From: Jimgerdemannia flammicorona
Taxonomy: Eukaryota
Length of the DNA: 33,869 bases
Assembly (NCBI GenBank): GCA_003990765.1
Contig: RBNJ01000294.1
Span: 1-33,869 of the forward strand
Direction: 5' to 3'
Made by a program: the position numbers and the translations under genes. Each line of letters begins with the position of its first letter. Within the stretch, counting starts at the first letter, position 1. Shown here one piece after another: positions 11,701-21,578 of this stretch. The notes under the pieces were generated by a model that was not told the DNA's origin, ran no database searches, and saw nothing but the letters and a program-made list of their open reading frames with translations.

Positions 11701-13883
11701 CCAAATCGGACTCACAGATACAGCAAGTGAAAAGTCAGCTTTCATCACTCCAGATGGAACCTACATCTACCTATGAATACCATTTGGAATGTGCAATGCA
11801 CCAGCAAGCTTCCAGTGAATGATGAACAAAATCTTCTGCTATGATATGAGAAGATGGATAATGGTCTACGTCGATGATGTAATCATCTACAGCAAGACAC
11901 CTGAGGAACATCTGCAGCACATACAGCAGATAATGGAGAAACTAAGACAACATGGCCTTTACATCAAACCCAAGAAGTGCAAGCTCGCAGAAATCAAGAT
12001 CTCCTATCTCAGCCACATCATCAACCGAGATGGAACACACATAGACCCCCTCAAGATACAAGCAGTGGCAGCATACCCAAGACCCACCACTGTTATGGAA
12101 GCCCAAGCCTTCATGGGACTCACCTCCTATTATCGCAGATTTATTAGAGGATTTTCTAATATTGTGGGACCAATCTACGAACTTAACAAGAAGGATACCA
12201 AGTTCCAGTAGACTGGCAGACAACAAAAAGCATTTGATGAACTCAAGGTCAGACTGACCCAGGCACCCATCTTCAGAAGACCTGACTGGACTCAAGAATT
12301 CATCCTACAGACTGATGCAAGCACACAAGAACTAGGAGTAGTCCTAGCTCAAAAGAAAGACAAAGTAGAGTATGTCATCACATACCTCAGCTGCAGAACC
12401 CGAGGAGCTGAAAAAGAATATGAATCCTACAAGTTGGAATGCCTCGAAGTCATCTGGGCCATAGAAAAGTTCCACTACTATCTGGCTGGAAGATACTTTA
12501 CCATTCAAACAGACCACTCAGGTCTCACCTGACTACTGACAACTGGACAACCCAAAGGAATCTATGCCAGATGGATAATGAAGTTGTAAGCTTATGATAT
12601 AACCATTGTACATCACTCTGGAAGAACCAATGCCAATGCAGATGCCCTCTCACAGATACCCTGAAGGACCCCACCCCTACAAAATCATCATGAATAAGGA
12701 GCTCTACTATGGAATTATCACATACCTGGGACAGCGAAAGATGCCCCAACATCTGGAAGAATGGACACAAATGATTATCAACAGAACATGGAAACAATTC
12801 GAAACCAATGGAGAAATACTGAAGAAAGGAAAACTAATAGTCATACTAGAACACAAGAAGGAGCAAGTGATGAAATTAGTATACAAACTTGGCCATCTAG
12901 GAGGAATGAATACATACAACAAAGCAAGAAGAACAATATGGTGGCCAGGGATGGAGGAAGATATCAGACAATTTGTCAAGGCCTGTGACAAATGCTAGAA
13001 ATAGAAACAAGATCAACGAAATCAAGCCCCAGGATCAGCACACATAGAACTAGTACCATTTGCCCACATTGTAATGGATATAATTGGTCCTCTACCCTTG
13101 ACTTTGACTGGCAACCGATACATCATCATCATTGTAGACCTCTTTACAAAATGGATAGAAGTGGGACCCCTTATGGAAGCCAATATACAGTCAATCACCA
13201 ATTTCTTCCACAAGGAAATCATCTGCCAGTTCAAGACCCCAACACAAGTAACTACAGATAGAGGAACTGAATTCGTGAACCAGTTCTTCAAAGTTCTCTA
13301 CAAGAAGTACAAGATCCAGCATATTCAGACTACAGCATATCACCCTCAAGGAAACAGACAAGTAGAAAGGACCAACAAAACCCTCAAGAATGTTATCACC
13401 AAGATCTGTGATAAATACGAGAACTGAGATCACTATCTACCAATAGCATTATCTGCTCTCTGGGATATCCGATCACAAAGTACCCACTTTATCCCTCAAG
13501 AAATGCTGTTCGGAGAAGAATGTTCTCAGGGAACCTTATTATCCAATGGAGATGCTGTATGGAAACATGTAGATATAGAAATACAGAGACTACATCAAAT
13601 AAGAAAGAAGGCTGAGGATTACATAACGAAGGTGCAGACACTACAATGGAGGAATGTGGAAAAGACCCACAAACCCTTGGAGATTATCAAGATAAGAGAC
13701 AAAGTCCTAGTGTATTGGAATATGGTTGAAGCTTCATAGTCATGAAAACTGGAGCCCAAGTGGGAAGGACCTTACCTTGTGCAAGATATAAAAGGAACCA
13801 CCTTTTGGCTACGAAAACCCTCAGGCACAATAATCCCCACCACTATTCATCGAAACCGACTTAAGAAATATCATGGCCAGTAA
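8705..13883 (+). pseudogene. gag-pol polyprotein of element B (gag, CCHC knuckle, aspartic protease, dUTPase, RT, RNase H, integrase), disrupted
   Basis: CYTCGEEGHYSYEC 9475-9516; AIIDTGAG ~10100; RT LCVDYRKLN and YVDD ~11867; RNase H LQTDAS ~12305; integrase TDRGTEF and TTAYHPQGN; WEGPY ~13761; stop TAA 13881-13883. Stops are mostly CGA>TGA, TGG>TAG/TGA, CAA>TAA. Confidence 0.95.
10760..11176 (+). CDS. Trimeric dUTPase domain within B pol, between protease and RT
   Basis: All five motifs in the open frame 10376-11434: AGMDI, RSSLA, GVIDSDYIG, DRLVQ, RGKKEFGSTG. Confidence 0.95.
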
Positions 13884-14334
13884 CAAAAGTACTGTGATGG
13901 CACTCAAGATCACTAGTGCTGCCCAAAGAGCCATTGAGAGGCAATGGTGCACCACCGAGCCTCCAACTATAGAGGAGTCTTATGATAGTATCCAAAGCAT
14001 CGTACAGACTCATCTCTCTCGGATCTCACACTTCAAGGCCTATCAGCATCGAAACGAATTCCAAGAGTACTTCAAACTCAGTCAAGTACTCAACCAAGAC
14101 CCAGAAATGACCAAAGAAAATTGGATCGCAGAATCTCAGCTCTCCTATTCCCAGATCACCATCGCCAAGAGAATCTACAAGCTATTCTGAGAGGATGAAT
14201 CAGCACTAGTGCACCTGTGAGGAGTGACCCCTGCAGACTTTGACCGAGTCAGACAACACTATTGGGAAACAGTAATGTAACAAATTGCACAATACAAGAC
14301 CATACAGACCATTGAAGCTTGGGAGTTTGAATAA
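13873..14334 (+). pseudogene. Extra ORF (ORF3) of element B, ~153 codons, unknown function
   Basis: ATG overlaps the last 11 nt of pol; 105 aa open, continuing in frame through three single-transition stops to TAA 14334. Homologous to the LTR-encoded ORF of family A. Confidence 0.75.
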
Positions 14335-14361
14335 ATGCTTTAGAGACGAGATCATCTATTC

Positions 14362-14370
14362 AGGAGGAAG
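14362..14370 (+). other. Polypurine tract of element B
   Basis: AGGAGGAAG one base before the 3' LTR. Confidence 0.85.
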
Positions 14371-14371
14371 T

Positions 14372-14839
14372 TGTGATGATATAGCCAGATTTGGAAGAAG
14401 GAAATAGGGAACAGACACTTGATTGCACCCAGTCCCAAAGTAGTATAGCCACATAGTTAATAGTCCTTGATTTCACAACCTGCTAAATATATCACAAAGT
14501 GCAAGATCAAGCTTCCCGATATAGTATAGCATTTCACAACCTGCTGAATATTTTGCAAAGTGTTAAATGACTCATAACTTAGCCACGTAACCCAGTAACC
14601 ATCTCATAGCTAGCAAACTTATATAAATAACTCAGTATCTTCGAGTGAATAAACCTCAGATTGAAATAGTTCAAAGCAAAAGAGATAGCAAAGGAACTAG
14701 TAAGCCTGTGGACAGATACACTTCGAACTCACCCACCCTCCCCTGCAACTTCAAGAGACTCTGTAAGAGTCAGAACAGTCAAGTTTTCAAGATACAGAAA
14801 TCTGATGTACTTTCAAGAGTAAGTGTCCGCTACATTACA
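14372..14839 (+). repeat. 3' LTR of element B
   Basis: Direct repeat of 8135-8602, followed by TSD gtag. Confidence 0.97.
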
Positions 14840-16222
14840 GTAGCTATAGCAAATATATTTCTTTAAATATAGATACACTATACTAGAATTATCAGATGAT
14901 TAGTCTAGTAATATAGATATATTAATTACAAGTATTCTCATAGATATAATCTCAATAGATATGGGAAATATAGTTCTAGTTATAAGTATAAATAGAGCCA
15001 AGTGGTCTATCTTGAGCTTTTACAGGAAAGTTTATATTATTTGAATATTCCATATTATGAATCTCCTTGACAAATATGGCTCAGCAGAGTATACAAAGTT
15101 ACAAGTACTGATTCAAGATTACAATGCTTCAAATAATTACTGAGTATTATATAAGATTATATTCATATTATTAAATTCTCAAATGAAGCTCATAATATAT
15201 ACTATGATATATAGCTTATAAGATATAGAAGACTTTATATAATTATCATATATAAGCATCTATATTAAATTGATTTTACTTGAAATCTCAACTATTCAAT
15301 TTATGAATAAAATCTAAGAAGAGCATCTATGAATACATCAGTTATGTTGATAATCTGATGAATTAAGTAAATTCTCTCAGTACATCTGCAGATTATATTG
15401 GCAATAATAATAAGGTTATAGAACTTATAAGAGGACTTCCAGATGTATATACATAATGTTATTATTTAGCTATATATAGAAGTGGCAGACTTATAAACTA
15501 TATCTATATAATAATATCTTCTATAGATCCTGTAAATGTAGTTCCAAATGAGATCAAAGTACAGATAATAAAACCAATAAACCAAAACCCAAAATCAATA
15601 CAATAATAGTCAATCAACTAAGTATGATAGTTACTATGAATATTATATATAGAAAAAACTATTATTATTACTGAGAAAATGATAAGGAGAGTAGTGAAAA
15701 TAAACAATATAGAAGCTAGCATTGACAATATCAGGGTAATAGAAAGAACTATTGAGGTAAAGGAAAGTATATAATATAAATACTACCAAAAGAGATGATA
15801 ACAGTGGTGTATTTTTTGTATAAGCAATATATATAGATGACTATATTTTTACCACTAAATCCACTGATCTGTCATCTACAAATCCTGGTCAGTAAAATAA
15901 TTTTGAGTCAATAAAAAGTGATAATGATATCAGTATCTAAGAGAGAAAATATCAACAGAGTGAGCAGTATACATTACTATTGTAATGGTGACCCCAGAAT
16001 GATGACATCAGCACAGGAGACAGCCTTTCCTTATAAGCCACCAGATTGGAGCACAAGAAGATCATACGGCATATAAGATGAGCAATGATGACCAACTGTG
16101 AGTCATTGTGACCACAGCATGAGCATCCTGAAGAATATAAAAGAAGAATCAAGAAACCACAGTAGCAGCAACCAACAAGAACCACCAATCCCAAAATAGC
16201 TCAAAGACTTACCACAAACAAA

Positions 16223-17030
16223 ATACCTACTGCCCACCAAACCTCAAGGTCAAGGAATCATCAAGGTATCTCAGTCGAGGAAAGGATGTTCCAAGACATC
16301 AGAAGAGTCATGAGGACCCACTCAAGAAGGACTCCTAGCATCAACCTGGGTACTGCAGACCCTTATCACTTTATCCTCTACTATAGTGAAATGGAAACAA
16401 GGATCACTATTACTACCAAATACCTCCAAATGTAACAGAAGTATGAAATAGGAAATCTCCTCTACTGGGAGTTCCCACAGGCCAGCACCCAAGAGCTACA
16501 TACAAGATGCTACTCTCATGGATATATGTGAAACAAGGATAGCTAGAAAGATCCATCAGATCTTCAGGCATGCACCATGGTCAATCCCTAACTTGGAGTA
16601 TGTTAGAGTCTCAGATTTCAGAGACCTATCATCCTGCCATATCAATGTACTAGAAGCCAGGGTGGCTACAGAAGCCCAGTCCACCATCACCCTCAACAGT
16701 GAAGAAGTAGAAGACTTCTGGTACCCTATCCTCCAGGACAACCCAGATCAATTTCTGCAGAGATTGATCTCAGTATTTCAAGGCCCAAGCATCTGAGTTA
16801 GATCTCCCCAAGACCCCACATTTGTTTCTTATTTTGTGGAAGAGAACCTCATAGACTGGAGAGCTCCAGACCTTGTCTCCGATTTCCCTGCCACAGCCGA
16901 ATGTGATGATGTCATCGATGACATCATTCCGCATAATATTGAAGTATATGAAAATGATGAATTCACAGATCTCATCTCCTTCAGTGATGATGATGATGAA
17001 GCCCCCATAATCCTGAACTTTCTGCTCTAA
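16223..17030 (+). pseudogene. Second copy of the LTR-encoded ORF
   Basis: Start ATG>ATA at 16223, a 4-bp taca duplication near 16497-16504 shifts the frame, two internal stops. Contains track ORFs 16518-16796 and 16836-17030, which share one frame. Confidence 0.75.
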
Positions 17031-17048
17031 GTTCTTTGTTAAACTAGA

Positions 17049-17168
17049 TAATGCCAGCACCAGTATTCTTATGTAATACTGAATAATGCCAGCACCAGCA
17101 TTCTGAGGTGATGTGAAATTGTTCCAGCACCGGTATTTTGATGTGATACTAAATAATGCCAGCCCTGG
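17049..17168 (+). repeat. 35-bp tandem repeat (~3.4 units) in U3 of the solo LTR
   Basis: Units begin at 17049, 17084, 17119 and 17154 (taatgccagcaccagtatt...). Confidence 0.85.
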
Positions 17169-19012
17169 AACTTAGTAGTTTTAGTTATTGGAATTTATAT
17201 TTAGCTTTATATCTTAGCAACTATTGAATTATATTTTGTATAAATACCCCTCTTATTTCCTCTGAAATAAAGTCAGTCTTCTCAGTGCAATATACACACT
17301 TTCTTGCAAGCAATCTAAGAGATAACAAGATAGTTAAAGATAAGAAGTTTGAGGACTATAAGATCTTGGGAAGGCACTCCAATAAGAACTTGCTTATAAC
17401 AAACTTGAGTTAGTCTAAGAGATATACCTTAAAGAGAATCTGGCATATTTGAAGGACTCAGTGACTACTATATAACACTATATATCTGATGAATGCACTG
17501 CAAACATAGTTAATAACAACAATATCTAACTAATAAATTCTAGAGCCATGTAATATATAATACTATACAGAGAATAATTCTCTATATATAAGCCTTTCAA
17601 GTATTCTATATCTTTCAAAATAGGAGATAACAATGTTATCTATACTCAAAGAAAGGGAAATATAGAAATATATCTCTATAGTAATATTATAGAACTCACT
17701 AGTATCATTCTAAATATACTATATACTTCAGAAATCAGTAAAATCTCTTTTTGATAAACAAGATGATGTTCTGTAATAATAAATATATATATATATGTTC
17801 AAAGAGCAAAACTGTATATAATTTAGATAACAAAAAGCTAATAATAGTCTTAAATGAGATACTGAATAGTGTAAAACTCTCTATATATGTGATAACTATG
17901 TCTAATATATCCAATATATAGTATTAATACTTAGAAAATATTGGCAAATTAAGCCTTGAAAGAATGATCTAAAGTGGCTCAGTCAATAAATTACTGATAT
18001 ATATATATCTGAAGAATAACCTTTATAAGATATATATAGAAAACAAAACATTCTAGCAACTATTCAAGAAATGATTAAAGTGTGCATCAGAGATTCTTGA
18101 CCTTATATATATAGATATATGTGGGCTAATATATATACTATTGTACTCTAGAAAGAAATATTTTATTATATTTATCAATTATTATATATATAAAGTATAT
18201 ATATACTTTTTATTAGTAAAGAGTGAATTCTTAGATAAATTCAAAGAATTCAAAGTGATCACTGAGAATAAGACAAGATATAGAGAGCATGCTATATAAT
18301 TAGATAACAGATACAAATACATTAATAATATATTCAAGTAGTTTCTAAAAAAAATATAGTATATATTATCAAATTACAGCTCCTTATATATCTCAACAGA
18401 ATGGTATAGCTGAGCAATTTAACTATATAATCATTAAAATAGTTTGAATGATGATTAATATACTTGATTATCATATTCTTATTAGATCAAAACTATTAAA
18501 ATAGCAGTATATATATATAATTGATATATTTCTCAAGTACTAAGCAAAGGGTCTAGCAACAATAAGTATTCCAGAGATAAGAATCTTATCTCTAAAGAAT
18601 TGTAGAGTAAAACTAAGTCTGATATATCTCATCTATATTTATTTGGTTGTGAGACATATATCCTCAATAAAAATAATACCAATTAGTATAAATTTGAGCC
18701 AAAAGTAAGCAAGTATAGATTTCTTAGATATTCTAGCAAGACATATTAACTCTGGGATTCACACAAGTAGTATATAGTTATTTTGTATAATATATAGTTT
18801 AGAGAAAAAGGAAATCATCTATCCTATATAGATATATCTATCAGTATTTCTATATATATCTCAGCTAGTATAAGTGCACATCTATCATCTATCTCTCTAG
18901 TGATCAATCAAAATTATTTTCAACTACTATATATATCAGAGTCTGAGCTAGAGTTGCTAAGAATAATAGAGATCAAAGATAAAGATAATGGTGAACTCTC
19001 CAGTAAAGAGAG

Positions 19013-19948
19013 TTTTTTTTTTTTTTAATAGACCCAAAGTCCTATAGATTTTATTAGAAGAAAACCTAGACTATATAGGCCAAAACCATCCCCCACCACT
19101 TACTGAGCACTATATCCCTATTAGACCTAGGCTAGCTATTATTCAGCAGCTTGACTATACCAGGTGCAGTAGAGTAAAATTACCCATATCTCATTCTGTG
19201 TACTATGCTCTTTCTACCACTAGAGAGTAACAAACACACACTTTAGATATACTCCCAAAATTCCAATATATATATAAGTTATATCTGAGCTGATTCACGT
19301 AATCTCTGCCTCTCCAAGGAGAGCAACAGATAAAGAAAAACTCTCCTCAAAGTACAGAACAGTGGGTAGGACCTAGTTCTCTCTGATGAGGTAAATAGAG
19401 AACTTATATATAAGATGTGAGAAGACTCCCAATACCCTACTACTCAAGCCTGTGATTCTCAATTATGTTGTTATATCAGTTCTCAGTTATAGTTAAGTAT
19501 AGTCAAGACATCTAATCCAGATAGCCTCAGGCCTTATAACTGCCTCCAATGACTGGGGCCCATTTTCACAAATGGCCAAAACTAGTCAAGAGTGATATCT
19601 ATCATCTAAGCACTCAGTATCAATCAGAAGGCCCTACTGATACAGTATCTGCTCTAGTCCCAATGACTGCCCCTAGCCTGATACTCTACTGGTCTATCAT
19701 AATCACTCTTCATCTTATCTATAATAGCTATCTCTTCTTTCATCCTGACTCTACCTGAAAAGTAGTCACCTATACCAGAACTATACTTACCAGAAAGCTC
19801 ACCAAAGCTCAGAGAGCTCTATGACAGGTACTGAAGATCTATAGGTAACCTATACAGATACCTCATGCCCAAGGATACTAATAGAGGAACATCTTATTAC
19901 TATGGTCTCTCTCTCATATCTTGTAATAAGTATAACAAACCAATCTAA
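19013..19948 (-). mobile_element. Poly(A)-tailed retroposed insertion (probably a 5'-truncated non-LTR element)
   Basis: T14 run at 19013-19026; flanking repeats agtaaagagag (19002-19012) and ggtagagggag (19949-19959) differ only by G>A; lies between copia IN and RT. No diagnostic protein motif recognised. Confidence 0.6.
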
Positions 19949-21083
19949 GGTAGAGGGAGTATAAGTTGTGAAAAGAGAACTTAGAAGGTTGTCTACTAAA
20001 TCTTATGACCAGTAAGATAGTAGAGAAAGAGGTATCAGTAATGAGAGATCTTCTATCTCTATAAAGAATAAGTAAAAGTACTCTAACATTTACTAAGAAA
20101 CTTGTTCTGATTTAGAAAATTATTGAAATATATTAGCAAGTACTAAATAGCAATATTTGGACTATATATGCTATGCCAAAGTATATATATATATATATAT
20201 ATATTATAATATCTTCTAATGAGTCAAATATATATAATGAAGCTATAACCAGTTCTGATAAAGAGAAATAGAAATAAGCTATGGATGAAGAATATGATTT
20301 ACTTATCTAGAATAGTATATAGGATTTTGTATCTCTTCTATCAAATTGCTAAATAATTATATCAAAGTGGGTCTATAAAATCAAGCATAAGAACAACTGA
20401 AGCATAGAGTGATATAAAGCTCATTTCATTACCAAGAGTTACTTATAAGATTACAGCATAGACTACAATAAGGTATTTTCACTGATATTCAAGCTTACTT
20501 CACTTAAAATACTCCTTGTAATCAGTATGCTATATAATCTAGAGATCTATAAAATAGATATAGAGATAGTATTTCTGAATAGTAATATAGATATTAAACT
20601 ACATATCTATCAATTATAAGAATATGAAAATAGTGAGCTTATATATAGATTATATCAGAGACTATATGATATCAAATAAGCAGAATAATTCTAAAATAAA
20701 AAGATTGATGAATATATCCATAATGATAGATTTATATATTGTGAAACAGATAATTATATATATATCTAACATTATAATAATAGAAGCATAGTATTTATCA
20801 GTATTTGAATTGATAATATAATTATTATTGAAAACAAGAATAGGCTTAACAGAGTCAAAGAAGTCCTCTACTGAGAATTCAAGATAATAGATTTAGACAA
20901 TATATCCTTTCTTTTAGAGATATCCATTAAATGTAATAGAAATACATATACTATACATCTCTTATAAGTGATATATACTTAAACAATCCTTAAATATTTT
21001 AATATAAGTAATTGTAAGTCTGTTGGCACTTATTTATAAATTAAAAAAGCTGAACACTATAATCAAGAATCATAACAATATAC

Positions 21084-21578
21084 TGTGATAGTAGATCTAA
21101 ATTAGGAATAGAAATCAGAGAAATTAGGCATTTGATCACAGTATCTAAACCCAATTCCTAATATAGTATAGTCTTATGAATAGTAGTTATTATTATTTCA
21201 CAACTGTAAAAGTTTTTATAAATATTGAACTCTTTACAAATATTGAAGATTTTGTAGGTATTGAAAATTTTGCAGATGTTGAAGATTTTGCAGATGTTAA
21301 ATAATTCAATACTTGTAAAAAGTGACTCATAGGAAATATAGTCATAACTTAGCCACCTTATAGCTAGCAAACTTATATAAATAACTCAGTAAATAAACCT
21401 TAGATTGAAATAGTTCAAAAGCAAAAAGAAAGCAAAGGAACTATAAAGCCTGTGGGCAGATATACTTTGAACTCACCCACCCCTGCATCCTGAGGACTCT
21501 GTGGAGTAAAAAGAAGATTAAGTTTCTAAAATACAGAAATCTGACATACTTTCAAGATTAAGCATCTGCTATATTACA
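21084..21578 (+). repeat. 5' LTR of element D
   Basis: TGTGATA...TATTACA, followed by acTTGGTACCC; 3' half aligns with the B LTR. Confidence 0.85.
21222..21300 (+). repeat. 18-bp tandem repeat (~4.5 units) in U3 of the D LTR
   Basis: Unit approximately tgttgaagattttgcaga; explains the (FNICKI)n shadow ORF 21158-21370. Confidence 0.8.

Larger units (their letters stand above)
8135..14839 (+). mobile_element. Element B: structurally complete Ty3/gypsy LTR retrotransposon with dUTPase and an extra 3' ORF, no chromodomain
   Basis: Two 468-bp TG...CA LTRs, 4-bp TSD gtaa/gtag, PBS-like site, PPT; domains gag(CCHC)-PR-dUTPase-RT-RH-IN in gypsy order. Confidence 0.97.
15981..17477 (+). mobile_element. 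Solo LTR (1497 bp) of family A carrying an ORF, inserted in copia E
   Basis: TGTAA...TAACA termini, exact 4-bp TSD CTAT (15977-15980 and 17478-17481), homology to 5271-7077, TATA ~17238 and AATAAA 17266. Confidence 0.9.
7837..21083 (+). mobile_element. Element E: heavily mutated Ty1/copia retrotransposon split by nested insertions (own segments ~7837-8134, 14844-15976, 17482-19012, 19960-21083)
   Basis: Ty5/copia-type PBS at 8107-8119; gag-like IRGLPD ~15427-15445; integrase ITAPYISQQNGIAEQFN ~18373-18423; RT AMDEEY and SKWVYKIK ~20280-20385. Integrase precedes RT (copia order). Left boundary tentative. Confidence 0.8.

Noticed and set aside
13873..14334. ORF3 as an env gene
   Set aside because: Too short, and no signal peptide, transmembrane helix or furin site is visible.
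14645..14866. 73-aa ORF in B's 3' LTR
   Set aside because: Non-ATG start, interrupted by a stop in the 5' LTR copy, and it runs out into flanking DNA.
17049..17168. 35-bp periodic repeat as a CRISPR-like array
   Set aside because: Units are contiguous with no unique spacers, lie within an LTR, and no cas genes are present.
20172..20205. (TA)n runs here and across 17780-18220
   Set aside because: Expected end products of C>T/G>A decay plus slippage in the old copia element.
21158..21370. ORF with FNICKI repeats
   Set aside because: Shadow translation of the 18-bp LTR tandem repeat.
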